A stretch of DNA of 41,633 nt from Candidatus Limnocylindrales bacterium. GTDB lineage: Bacteria; Chloroflexota; Limnocylindria; Limnocylindrales; CSP1-4. Numbering within the stretch: the stretch's first letter is position 1; each line of letters begins with the position of its first letter. The stretch covers positions 1-41,633 of the forward strand of contig JBJKRU010000141.1 in NCBI GenBank assembly GCA_046704485.1. Reading direction: 5' to 3'. Of this stretch, positions 31,403 to 40,420 are shown piece after piece. The position numbers and the translations under genes are program-made. Under the pieces are notes generated by a model. The model saw only the letters and a program-made list of their open reading frames with translations, made no database searches and was not told where the DNA came from.

Positions 31403-33556
31403 ATGGGCTGGTCGATGTCGTTCAATCTGACGCCCACGAAGGTCGCGCAGCAGGGTCGACGCCCCTGGCTGTCCGTCGCACTCGTGGTCGCGGGACTTGC
31501 CGCCGTCGTGTCGTTCGGCGTGCTGGGCAGGGAGCCGGAGCCGCCCGCCGCCACGCCCCTCCCGACCCAGGCGCCGGCGGCCGTCGTGCCGACCGCCACG
31601 TCCAGCCCGGCCCCCACGCCATCGGAGGTCCTGTGGGAATGCCGGGCGCCGCAGGTCGTCGCGCTGCTCGGACCGATCGCGCGCCACCCGCGAGCCCTCC
31701 ACGCGACAGGCCTCGAGACCCTGTCGGCCTGGTCGCCCATCGACGGCCAGCTCGTCGCCGACGCGGCCTCCGGGTTCTGGTCGTTCGCGTACGGCCAGCT
31801 CGCCCACCTCGACGCGGCCGGGCGGGTGACCGGCACGTGGACGGTCGACGACGACGCGGTCTTCGGCGCTTCCTCGATCGCCGCCGCCCGGCACGGCGCC
31901 GAGTCGCTGTACGCCGGGCAGCGGAACGGGCTCGCCTTGTTCGACGGGCAGGCGATCCGCGACAGCATCCCGGCGCCGAGCAACGTGGCGGGGCTGGCCG
32001 AGGCGTCCGACCGCTCGCTCTGGGCGACCACGGACCTCGGGGTCTTCCATTGGGACGGCGAGGCATGGGCGGAGGTCTGCCGGGACCGGCCGGATCAGGC
32101 GGCCGGCGCAATCGCGATCGATGCGCGCGGTGGCGTATGGGTGACGGACCTCGAGCCCGGCGGGTACGCCTCGCTCTCGCGCTACAACGGTTGGGCGTGG
32201 ACGAGCTACACCGACGTGGTCAGCACGCTCGACGTGAACGTGCTCGCGGCCGGTGACGACGGGGAGGTGTGGGCGGCCGGCCAGCTCGGGATCGCCAGGT
32301 TCGACGGGATCGCCTGGGCGGACGCGCAAAGCGGGAGCAGCGTGTTCCTGAACGGGACGGTCTCGATATCGGTCGCGCCCGACGGCAGCCTGTGGGCGGC
32401 GACTGGGAACGACCTGGTGCGGGCCCAGCCGGACGACCCCGACGCCTTCCCCCGGCCGGGGGCCGGTGTGGCGCACCTGGGCAGCGCCGGCTGGGCGGTG
32501 TACGGGCCCGCCGACGGCCTGCCGATCAACGAGACCGGATGGTGGCCGACAGTCAGCGCCGTCGTCGCCTCCCGCGACGGTGTGGTCGCGGCAACCGTCG
32601 ACGGTCTGTCCCGCCTCGAGGGACATCGATGGGTCGGGTTCGGCCCGCCGGCCACCACCGGGCAGGGCGCGAATGCGATCCTCGCGGTCTCCGCCACCGA
32701 GGCGTGGGTGGGCGGCGACGGGCTCTGGCACGTGGTCGACGGCCGATGGTCATCGGTTCCGCTCCCGTCAGCCGCGCCGGACACCTCGGTCACCGACCTC
32801 GCCGTCGGGCCAAACGGGACGCTGGCCGCGGCCACGAGTCGCGGCCTCGATGTCCTTCGCGACGGCCGGTGGTCCCAGCTCGGCGACGGCTTCTACAGCG
32901 CGGTGGACATCGGGGCGGACGGCACGGTGTGGGCGACCCTCGCCGGGTGGGGGCCGATCGCCGTCCAGGCCTGGCGGCCGCAGGACGGGGCGTGGACGCA
33001 GCGCGAGTGGCTGCAGAGCACGCCGGACGTGGTGGCCGCCGCAGACGGGAGCGTGTGGGCCGGCTGCCTCGAGTCGCCTGGCGCGCCCGTCCAGCGATAC
33101 GACGGGAGCCGCTGGGTCCCGGTGTCCGTCCCGCAGCCGGCGGGACCCCGGCTCGTCGTCGGGCGGTTCGCGCTCGGGCCAGACGGGAGCCTCTGGGCCT
33201 CCATGAACCGGGGCGGGGGCTGGTTCCCGAGCAGAGGCGTGTGGGTCGCCCACCAGGCCGGGTCGAGCTGGACGGTGACACCCGTCGGCGACGGGTGGGG
33301 AAACTGGATCGCCGTCGCGCCGGACGGGGCGGCCTGGACCGGGACCGACGCCGGGCTCGTCCGGCTCAGCGGCGGCCGCACGGTCGTCGCGATCCCGGAC
33401 GTCGCGGTGAGCGCCATCTCGATCGCCCGGGACGGGACAGTCTGGGTCGAAGGACCGTCGGGCGTCGCCCACGTGTCGCCGGCCGTCGTCGCTGCGGCGG
33501 TTGCACAGGCGGCCAACACGCCCGGGGCGCCTCCGACGCGTCCCGGCCGTCCGTAG
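31403..33556 (+). CDS. membrane-anchored protein with beta-propeller (two-component-regulator propeller-like) repeats
   Basis: This is the real part of the chimeric 29852..33556 ORF, starting at ATG 31403 (or 31415). TM helix WLSVALVVAGLAAVVSFGVL, P/A/T-rich linker, then recurring D-G-x-(V/L)-W motifs (GGVWVTD, GEVWAAG, GSLWAAT, GTVWATL, GSVWAGC, GSLWASM, GTVWVEG). Confidence 0.6.
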   Translation: MGWSMSFNLTPTKVAQQGRRPWLSVALVVAGLAAVVSFGVLGREPEPPAATPLPTQAPAAVVPTATSSPAPTPSEVLWECRAPQVVALLGPIARHPRALHATGLETLSAWSPIDGQLVADAASGFWSFAYGQLAHLDAAGRVTGTWTVDDDAVFGASSIAAARHGAESLYAGQRNGLALFDGQAIRDSIPAPSNVAGLAEASDRSLWATTDLGVFHWDGEAWAEVCRDRPDQAAGAIAIDARGGVWVTDLEPGGYASLSRYNGWAWTSYTDVVSTLDVNVLAAGDDGEVWAAGQLGIARFDGIAWADAQSGSSVFLNGTVSISVAPDGSLWAATGNDLVRAQPDDPDAFPRPGAGVAHLGSAGWAVYGPADGLPINETGWWPTVSAVVASRDGVVAATVDGLSRLEGHRWVGFGPPATTGQGANAILAVSATEAWVGGDGLWHVVDGRWSSVPLPSAAPDTSVTDLAVGPNGTLAAATSRGLDVLRDGRWSQLGDGFYSAVDIGADGTVWATLAGWGPIAVQAWRPQDGAWTQREWLQSTPDVVAAADGSVWAGCLESPGAPVQRYDGSRWVPVSVPQPAGPRLVVGRFALGPDGSLWASMNRGGGWFPSRGVWVAHQAGSSWTVTPVGDGWGNWIAVAPDGAAWTGTDAGLVRLSGGRTVVAIPDVAVSAISIARDGTVWVEGPSGVAHVSPAVVAAAVAQAANTPGAPPTRPGRP

Positions 33557-33594
33557 CAGACTGTGCGGCAGGCAGAGGGCGCACGGAGAGTGAC

Positions 33595-34104
33595 ATGCAC
33601 AAGCTGACGCCGGTGGGGTCGATCGTCCGCGGGGCCCTGGCCGGCTGCGCGGGCACGCTGGCGATGGACGCGCTCTGGTACTGGCGGTATCGCCGCGGGG
33701 GCGGCGAGAGCCGCTTCGTCGCGTGGGAGACGGCCAGCGGCGTCACCTGGGACAACGCCTCGGCGCCGGCCCAGCTGGGCCGCAAGGTCATGGCCGGCGT
33801 CTTCGACCGCGAGCTGCCCGACGACCTGGCGCCCCTCACCAGCAACATCGTCCACTGGTCGTACGGCGCCGCCTGGGGCGCCGGGCTCGGGATGGCCCTG
33901 GGCACCGTCGGCCGGTATCCGCTGAAGGCCGGCCTGCTCTTCGCGCCGGTCGTGTGGAGCAGCGGCTATGTCGTCCTGCCGCAGGCGAAGATCTACAAGC
34001 AGATGTGGGAGTACGACCCGGCGACGCTGGGCAACGACCTGAGCGCCCACATGGTGTACGGCGTCGTCACGGCCACCGCCCTGCGGATCCTCGCCCTCAG
34101 GTAG
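33595..34104 (+). CDS. hypothetical small membrane protein
   Basis: ATG 33595 (MHKLTPVGSIVRGALAGCAGTLAMDALWYW), 169 aa, glycine-rich hydrophobic segments. The upstream part of track ORF 32269..34104 is an alternate frame of the propeller gene. Confidence 0.55.
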   Translation: MHKLTPVGSIVRGALAGCAGTLAMDALWYWRYRRGGGESRFVAWETASGVTWDNASAPAQLGRKVMAGVFDRELPDDLAPLTSNIVHWSYGAAWGAGLGMALGTVGRYPLKAGLLFAPVVWSSGYVVLPQAKIYKQMWEYDPATLGNDLSAHMVYGVVTATALRILALR

Positions 34105-34119
34105 GCAGCGGCCCCCCGC

Positions 34120-35412
34120 TCAGCGCGGCGGCAGGTAGTTCAGCGGGTTCTGGAACGCGCCGTTGAGCAGCACCGCGAAGTGGAGGTGGGACCCGAACGC
34201 GCAGCCCGTGTCGCCGACCCGGCCGATGATGTCGCCCGCGGCCACCTGCTGCCCGACGTGCACCAGCACCGCCGAGAGGTGGTGGTACCAGGTGACGAAC
34301 CCGCCGCCGTGGTCGATGCGCACCTGGATGCCGCCGCAGGTGTCGCTGGCGACGTGCCCGGCGGCGATCACGATCCCGGCGCGGGCCGCCCGGACCGGTT
34401 CGCCAATCGGGCCGGCGATGTCGATCCCCTGGTGGAACCCGTAGATGGTGAGGCTCTGGCCGTAGTACTGCGTGATGGTCCCGATCAGCGGCCAGCGCCA
34501 CCCGGTCGGTGCCAGCGTCGCCTTCGCGGCCGGCCGCGGCGTCGGTGACGGCGCGGGCTTCGCGGCCGCGGGGGCCGCTGTCGCGGGGGCCGGCTTCGCC
34601 ATCACGGTGAACGTGGCGGCGCGGGCCGTGCCGAGAGGGGCGCCGTTCGAGGAGCGCGCGGTGTTGGCCACCGACAGGCGGACCCTGGCGCCGTACGGGA
34701 TCGGCGTCGACGGCGTGAACACCAGCACCGTGTCGCGCTCGGCCCACGCGAACCGCCCCTGCAGGGCCTCGCCGTTGACGGCGACCTCGAAGGCCGCCTC
34801 CGTGGAGGGCTGGTCCATCGACGAGGTGAACCGGACCGAGACCTGGCCGGGCGGGGTGACCCCCGCTTGACCCGCCAGCGGCCGTAACCGCACCACGGGG
34901 ACCGGCGCAGGGGTGGCGGTCGGGTCGGGGGTGGCGGTCGGGTCGGGAGACCGGGCGACGAGGGGGATCACCAGGACGCCCTCGTCGGCGGCGCTCACGG
35001 GCGGGAGGGTCCGCGCAGTGGGGGCCGCAGACGGGGCGGGCGGCAGCGTGCTGAGCGCGCTCTGCGGCGCCGGCTGGAAGGCCCGGGGTGTCTCCGCGGA
35101 CGCCGAGCCGCCGAGCACCAACTCGCCGACGACGCTGACCGCCACCAGGGCCACCACCAGCACCGCGGGCCTCGTCGACCGCAGCCAGCCGACGGCGCTG
35201 GACGCGTACACCCAGGCGAGCACGGGCAGGGAGAGCAGGAGGACGAGCAGTCCTCGACCGCGCTCGTGTCCACCGGTCACCGGCTGGTGGGGCAATAACC
35301 GAGCTCCCTGCGGATGGCAGAGGCGAAGCCGGGCATGCCGGCCCCGCGAGACGGGCAGGGTACACCCGGACGAGGGACCGTCCCAGTGCGCCGCCCAGCC
35401 CCCGGCCCGCAC
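34120..35412 (-). CDS. M23 (LytM-type) peptidase with an Ig-like domain
   Basis: HQGIDIAGPIGEPV, HGGGFVTWYHHLS, GDTGCAFGSHLHFAV. Ig-like segment VSVRFTSSMDQPSTEAAFEVAVNG. The start is uncertain: GTG 35280 just before the TM helix LLVLLLSLPVLAW is plausible. Confidence 0.8.
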   Translation of the reverse strand: MRAGGWAAHWDGPSSGCTLPVSRGRHARLRLCHPQGARLLPHQPVTGGHERGRGLLVLLLSLPVLAWVYASSAVGWLRSTRPAVLVVALVAVSVVGELVLGGSASAETPRAFQPAPQSALSTLPPAPSAAPTARTLPPVSAADEGVLVIPLVARSPDPTATPDPTATPAPVPVVRLRPLAGQAGVTPPGQVSVRFTSSMDQPSTEAAFEVAVNGEALQGRFAWAERDTVLVFTPSTPIPYGARVRLSVANTARSSNGAPLGTARAATFTVMAKPAPATAAPAAAKPAPSPTPRPAAKATLAPTGWRWPLIGTITQYYGQSLTIYGFHQGIDIAGPIGEPVRAARAGIVIAAGHVASDTCGGIQVRIDHGGGFVTWYHHLSAVLVHVGQQVAAGDIIGRVGDTGCAFGSHLHFAVLLNGAFQNPLNYLPPR

Positions 35413-35588
35413 GCGCCGGAGGACGCGCCCGCCCGCAACCGCGCGCCCGCCATAGCGCAGTCAGGATTCGCGCGCACGGGCAGCTACGCTGCCGCCCCCT
35501 TGACTCCCCGCGGTAGACCCGAGAGCAAGGCCCGCCGAGACGTCCCGAGGCCGGCCGGAATTGACGAGGCACGAAGCAAGGAGGGGCT

Positions 35589-35981
35589 ATGGGACAGATC
35601 ACGGCCTACAGCTGCACGGCCTGCGGCGAGGGGTTCAGCATCCGCGACGGCGGCGGCTTCTTCTTCGATCTCCTCCACTGCGACCGGTGCGGCGCAGCGC
35701 AGTCGGTTGCCCACGCGCAGCTCGGCGACATCCACCTGCGCTTCGTGAAGGGCCTCCGGACGCCGTACGCGATCGCCCGGGGGGCGACAGACCACGACAT
35801 CCAGGCGAACTACCCAGGCGAGCCCCTCTCACGGGACGAGTACCACGCCGCGGCCGAGGCGACGCTCGACCCCTGCCAGTGCGGCGGCCGTTTCCTCTAC
35901 GCCGCTCCGGCGCGCTGCCCCGCCTGCCGCTCGACAGCCGAGGCGTGGTCGAACCGAAAGGTGGTGCTCCATTACGACTGA
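35589..35981 (+). CDS. small Cys-rich zinc-ribbon protein (hypothetical)
   Basis: 130 aa. Cys pairs CTAC, CDRC, CQC and CPAC. AAGGAGGGG Shine-Dalgarno 2 nt upstream of the ATG. Confidence 0.6.
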   Translation: MGQITAYSCTACGEGFSIRDGGGFFFDLLHCDRCGAAQSVAHAQLGDIHLRFVKGLRTPYAIARGATDHDIQANYPGEPLSRDEYHAAAEATLDPCQCGGRFLYAAPARCPACRSTAEAWSNRKVVLHYD

Positions 35982-36073
35982 GCCGCCGCGGGCTGACCGC
36001 CGACTCCTCGCCCCGCCTGACCAGGTCATGCCGCTGTGGACGAGCGGGTCCCGTGAGGCTAGCGTTCGCGGAG

Positions 36074-36868
36074 ATGACGGACGCCGAACTGGCTGCTCTC
36101 GAGCACGACAACTGGATCGCCTACCTGACCGGCGTCGTTGGCTGTGCCTCGAGGGCCAGCGTCACCCGGGCCGGCGGGGTGCTCGCGATCCTGACCGGTC
36201 TGCCGTTCGACTGGTTCGGCCAGGTCCTGATCGAGGATGAGGCGGCGACGCCCGACGCGGTGCTCGCCGGCGTGGCCCGGGCGCGCGAGCTCGGCGACGC
36301 TTTCGTCGTCCGACTTCGGGGAGGCGTCGACGACCGCTTCATCGAGACGCTGGCCCAGGCGGGGCTGGAGCCCCAGGCGGAGGCGACCCCGTTCCCCGGC
36401 ATGGCCGCGTTCCCGATCGAGCGCGACCTCCTGGCGCCCCATGCGGTCGACGGGCTCGTGATCCGCCGGGTGACTGACGCGGCCGGCATCGATGAGCACA
36501 ACGATGTCGTGACGGCCGGGTTCGGCTCAGATCCCGCAGTCGCGCTGGGGACCGCGTGCCCAGACCTCCTCGACCGGCCCGAGTGCGTCGTGTATGTGGG
36601 ATGCGCGGACGGCCGCCCGGTCGTGTCGGGGCTGGGCTGGCGGAGCGGGCGGACGATCGGCGTGTACAGCATCGCTACCAGGCCGTCGGCACGCCGACGC
36701 GGGTATGGGGCGGCGATGACGGCGCGCGTGGTGGCCGACGGCCTGGCAGCCGGCTGCGACGTGGCGGCGCTGCAGGCGAGCGAGATGGGTCGCCCGATCT
36801 ACGAGCGCCTGGGCTTCCGGACCGTCATCCGATACGTCGCCTACGTCGATGCGGGGCGCGGTGGCTGA
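36074..36868 (+). CDS. GNAT family N-acetyltransferase
   Basis: ATG 36074 (MTDAELAALEHDNW). Acetyl-CoA pocket IATRPSARRRGYGAAMTARVV and ASEMGRPIYERLGF. The upstream part of ORF 35561..36868 is non-genic. Confidence 0.7.
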   Translation: MTDAELAALEHDNWIAYLTGVVGCASRASVTRAGGVLAILTGLPFDWFGQVLIEDEAATPDAVLAGVARARELGDAFVVRLRGGVDDRFIETLAQAGLEPQAEATPFPGMAAFPIERDLLAPHAVDGLVIRRVTDAAGIDEHNDVVTAGFGSDPAVALGTACPDLLDRPECVVYVGCADGRPVVSGLGWRSGRTIGVYSIATRPSARRRGYGAAMTARVVADGLAAGCDVAALQASEMGRPIYERLGFRTVIRYVAYVDAGRGG

Positions 36869-36978
36869 GCAACCGGCTCCCCGACGCGGGCCGGCGACCG
36901 CGCTCGCTAGCAGCGCCCACGCTCGCGCCCAAGCTCGCTCGCTCGCGCGCGGGCGCGCTCGCGGGTGGACGGGCCGGG

Positions 36979-36984
36979 TATCGT
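36979..36984 (+). promoter_or_regulatory. possible -10 hexamer (TATCGT) for a leaderless transcript starting at ATG 36991
   Basis: TATCGT fits the TANNNT pattern and sits 6 nt before the ATG. No Shine-Dalgarno sequence lies between them. Confidence 0.25.
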
Positions 36985-36990
36985 GGCGCC

Positions 36991-37272
36991 ATGAAGGGCG
37001 ATCGGGTCGAGGCCGTGGTGGACACGGGGCAGGGCGTCCAGACGTTCGTGATCACCGCCAGCCGGGCAGGGCGGCGGATCGAGGTCGTGACGTCGCGGGG
37101 GGTGGTCGAGGTCCGGGAGGTGACGCGGACCGGGATCACGGTCCGGACGGGCCGGTTCATGACCTCCCGGCTGGTGGCCCTCGTCGAGCACCCTGCCGCC
37201 GACGACCGCGGCCGCGTTGAGGAGTCCACGCGGCACCGCCTCCAGCCGTCGCGACGGCCTACCGAGCCCTGA
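36991..37272 (+). CDS. hypothetical small protein
   Basis: MKGDRVEAVVDTGQGVQTFVITASRAGRRIEVVTSRGVVEVREVTRTGITVRTGRF. Beta-strand-like composition with G/C-rich third positions. No family recognised. Confidence 0.4.
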   Translation: MKGDRVEAVVDTGQGVQTFVITASRAGRRIEVVTSRGVVEVREVTRTGITVRTGRFMTSRLVALVEHPAADDRGRVEESTRHRLQPSRRPTEP

Positions 37273-37421
37273 GCGTTCGCGGGCGAGACGGAGCCTGGCA
37301 AGCGGGCTGACGTGGCCCGGCTCGCCCTGCCCCCCGCGTCCAGGCGGCGCTGGTGGAGGACCTGCCGGGCCCGGGCGGGAGCGGCGGAGACCGGCGGCCG
37401 ATGGGGCGTGGAGGCCGTCGG

Positions 37422-38339
37422 TCAGTCGCGGTCCAGGCGCTCCAGCACCGGGCCCATGGCCTCGAGCGTTGTCATCGTGGCGGGCCACAGCAGGCACTCG
37501 ACCTGCGTCACGCCCACCCCGGTGAAGGCCCGGATGGCATCGGCGACCTGATCGGCCGACCCGCGGACCGGCACGCCCAGGCCAACCGCCTCCGAGCCGG
37601 TCTCGTCGGTGGGCTCCACGATGATCCCGGCCGACCGCCCGATCGTGGCCGGGTCTCGGCCGATCGCCTCGCACGCGCCCTCGAGGGTCCGCACCAGCGG
37701 CTCGAACTCGGCTGGCTCGCTGCGCTCCTGCGCGTAGTAGCTCCAGATGTCCGCGTGACGCGCGGCCAGGGCGATCGTCCGGGGCCCGCCGGCGCCCAGC
37801 ATCAGGGGGACGGCGCCGGACCGCGGGCCACGCGGCCGCGACTCGAGGTCGCTCGCGTGGTGGTACGGCCCGTCGTGGTCCGCGCGGCCGGTCCGGAGCA
37901 TGGGCGTGATGATCTCGAGCGCGTCCTCGAACCGGCCGACGACGTGGTCGAGCGGGAACCCGAAGGACCGCGCCTCGGAGTCGCCGCTGCCAGCCCCCAG
38001 GCCGAACACGAACCGCCCGTCCGAGATCTCGTCGAGCGTCTCGACGGCGCGGACCGTCAGCCCCGCGTTGCGCTGGTTCGCGGACAGCACCCAGGTCCCA
38101 ACCTCGATCCGCGACGTCGCCTCGGCGACGGCACCGGTCATCGCGACGCACTCCCACCATCCGCGGGGCCCGGGCCAGTCGGGCGTCCGCCACAGGAGCT
38201 CGTCCGGGACCCAGACCGTGTCGAACCCGATCGCCTCGGCCAGCCTGGCCATGGCCCGCAGCTCGTCCCACCGGTGGGACCGCCCGGTCTCCGGATCCTC
38301 GTAGAGCGGGAGCACGATCCCGACCTTGATCGACCGCAT
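37422..38339 (-). CDS. LLM-class flavin/F420-dependent oxidoreductase
   Basis: Track ORF is 37422..38642. I trimmed the start to ATG 38339..38337 (MRSIKVGIVLPLYE). FDTVWVPDEL, IEVGTWVL, LDEISDGRFVFGLGAGS, TQVECLLWP. Confidence 0.75.
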   Translation of the reverse strand: MRSIKVGIVLPLYEDPETGRSHRWDELRAMARLAEAIGFDTVWVPDELLWRTPDWPGPRGWWECVAMTGAVAEATSRIEVGTWVLSANQRNAGLTVRAVETLDEISDGRFVFGLGAGSGDSEARSFGFPLDHVVGRFEDALEIITPMLRTGRADHDGPYHHASDLESRPRGPRSGAVPLMLGAGGPRTIALAARHADIWSYYAQERSEPAEFEPLVRTLEGACEAIGRDPATIGRSAGIIVEPTDETGSEAVGLGVPVRGSADQVADAIRAFTGVGVTQVECLLWPATMTTLEAMGPVLERLDRD

Positions 38340-38503
38340 CGGCTTGGCCTCCAGCCTGACGGGGTGCGGACGCGCCTCTGGCCCACGCGGCGCCGCCGCC
38401 CAATCGTCCCATGACAGTCCACTCAGGTCTCGCGAGCCTGGCCTCGCCAGCCGGCCACGTCCCGCCCTACGAGCCCGCTTCCGGCCATGTGCAGCCGAGC
38501 CGC

Positions 38504-38661
38504 TGCCCGCCCAGCGGGCACTCGAGCGCAGATGCCCGGCCGACGGTCGACCCGGCGCAGGAATCCCGCCCAGCGGACATCGCGACGCATGCGGGACCGC
38601 GGCCGCGCGTCGGACTGCCCGCCCAGCGGGAGCGTGCTCCACAGTGGCCGCCCAGCGGGCA
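38504..38661. repeat. four copies of the 11-mer CCGCCCAGCGG (part of the hairpin-capable GCCCGC-CCA-GCGGGC) in a non-coding region
   Basis: The 11-mer starts at 38507, 38566, 38619 and 38648. Copies 1, 3 and 4 extend to (T)GCCCGCCCAGCGGG(C/A). Confidence 0.8.
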
Positions 38662-39064
38662 CCAGGGCATGCGGGTCGTGGCGCGACGCGCGGCGGCCAT
38701 CAGGCCCGCGCGATCAGACGGTCCTCGGGTCCGCGGCGCTCCCGAGGCGCTGCTCCCCGAGACAGGGCCCGAGGGCGTCCACCTGGCCGTCCGGGAGGCC
38801 CCAGCCGACGTCCCGCCAAGGGCGCCGGTGGAGATCTTGACCCGGTCGGCACGGCGGACTCGGCTGCGTTCTGGAGGGTCGCTCGGGCGTTTGCGACGAT
38901 TCTCCTTGACCAACGGCCCCGCATCGCCCACCATACGCAGACGTCCGGGATCGCCGGACGCCAGCACCAATATCCGGCCCCAGCCATCGGAACTCCTTTC
39001 TCTCGCCGCAACGCGGGCAATCGGAACCCGCTCGACCGGCCGGAGCAAGGAGTTTTTCGTGACC

Positions 39065-39391
39065 ATGGATCGCACCCTGACCTGCGCCGACTGCCGGTCG
39101 GAGTTCACCTTCACCGCCAGCGAGCAGGAGTTCTACGCGGAGAAGGGCTTCTCGGAGCCTCGTCGCTGCCCCTCCTGCCGGGCGGCCAAGAAGGCGGCCC
39201 GCAACGCTGGCTCGTCGTACGGCGACTCGTCCTACGGCGGCTCGTCATACGGGTCCGGGCGCTCGTACAGCTCGGGCCCGCGCGAGATGTTCTCCGCGAC
39301 CTGCTCGAGCTGCGGCCGCGAGGCGAGGGTTCCCTTCAACCCCACCAGCGGCAAGCCCGTCTACTGCTCGGACTGCTTCCGCAACCGGTAG
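39065..39391 (+). CDS. CxxC-x17-CxxC type zinc-ribbon protein with a Ser/Gly/Tyr-rich linker
   Basis: MDRTLTCADCRSEFTFTASEQEFYAEKGFSEPRRCPSCR, then the low-complexity stretch SSYGDSSYGGSSYGSGRSYSS, then CSSCGREARVPFNPTSGKPVYCSDCF. AAGGAG lies 12 nt upstream of the ATG (GTG 39059 is an alternative start). Confidence 0.75.
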   Translation: MDRTLTCADCRSEFTFTASEQEFYAEKGFSEPRRCPSCRAAKKAARNAGSSYGDSSYGGSSYGSGRSYSSGPREMFSATCSSCGREARVPFNPTSGKPVYCSDCFRNR

Positions 39392-40075
39392 CATCCGCAC
39401 CGGCCAGCGGCCCCGGGGGTGACCCCCGGGGCCGTTTCGATTCGGCGGGACCCGCTCCCCAACTCCAGCTTGTCCTTGAGCTCGCGGCTGCGGGACGGGT
39501 GGCGCAGCTTCCGGTTGTCGGGTGCGTCGACGTTCCCGCTGTGGACCGAGAGATGGGCTGAGTCGAGGAGCGCCAGGGAATCCTCGGGCGAGCGCGATCG
39601 GTTGTGCGCGGCCACGAGCCGGTCCACCTCTCGAATGACGGCCTCGGTCTCCGCTCGCAGCGTCCGTGGCCGCCGTGTTCAGACCGAAGTCCGGGGGGGC
39701 GAGGAGCAGGTTGCGGCCGCTGCCCTCGTCCGCGGTGGCATCGCGGACCATCGCGGACGCCTCCGGCCCGAACGGCAGCCGGTGCTGCGGCTTCGCGGTG
39801 CGCATCTTGTGCTCCGTATCGTGGGTCGTCCGCTCGCGCAGCGAGACCATCCCCCGCCAGGGAGCCCAAGCGAGGTCCTCGCCGGGCTCGATCGCCTTGG
39901 CGAGGACGACCTCCTCCTCGGAGGTGAGCAGGGCGACCCTCCTGATCTCGCTCAGGTAGAGGCGGATGGAGTCGTCTATCGCGGGTTCCGCCGAGGCGCG
40001 GCGGGCGATGGGGTCCTCGGCTGGCTCTTCAAGGTTGCGGTCCGTGGGCTCGGGGATGTCCTCGTCGTCGGGCAT
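39361..40075 (-). CDS. uncertain, apparently frameshifted CDS with a sigma-70 region-1.2-like motif
   Basis: ATG 40075 gives MPDDEDIPEPT...DDSIRLYLSEIRRVALLTSEEEVVLAKAIE (resembles sigma70 region 1.2). Coding-like third positions continue to about 39665 (..LNTAATD), then move to another frame (LRAETEAVIREVDRLVAAHNRS...) that stops at 39361. No region 2 to 4 sigma motifs are seen. Confidence 0.35.
39409..39440 (+). terminator. perfect 11-bp stem hairpin (GGCCCCGGGGG-tga-CCCCCGGGGCC) followed by GTTTCGATT; probable intrinsic terminator
   Basis: Read directly from the sequence, 18 nt after the TAG of the zinc-ribbon gene. The U-tract is weak, as is common in high-GC actinobacteria. Confidence 0.6.
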
Positions 40076-40420
40076 CGCGGGGACTCCGACGGCTGAGAGC
40101 GACGTGGCACTCGGGAAGGGCGCCCGTGCAGTGATCCCGCACCTCGAGGCAGATGCCGGCAGGCCGCCGGGTCGCTGCTCTGCGTCCTGTCCGGCGCAAT
40201 CCCCCGCGAACGTCAGGTGGAGGCGGCCCGGCTCGCAGCTGACGTCATCCCGTCGGGCCCTGCTGTGGGCCTGCGCCATGAGATACGGTAGACTTGCGGC
40301 CTTCGCGCTCGACGGACGCTCCGGTCTGCGTCCGCGGCCCTGCGCCGCCCGATCTCGATCCACTTGCTGCCCTGACCGGGCCCCGCACCCGCGGGAGGGC
40401 CCTCAGGAGCACACTCCTCT

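Noticed and set aside
34910-34945. Perfect 2 x 18-bp tandem repeat (ggggtggcggtcgggtcg)
   Set aside because: It lies inside the M23 peptidase gene and simply encodes a duplicated PDPTAT linker. It is not a regulatory or CRISPR-like element.
34097-35602. 501-aa minus-strand ORF overlapping the M23 peptidase
   Set aside because: It is an alternate frame of 34120..35412 with low-complexity Arg/Pro/Gly content, while the other frame carries the M23 HxxxD/HxH motifs.
36907-38414. 501-aa minus-strand ORF and 353-aa plus-strand ORF overlapping the LLM oxidoreductase
   Set aside because: These are alternate or antisense frames with Arg/Gly/Pro bias. The 37422..38339 frame carries the luciferase-like motifs.
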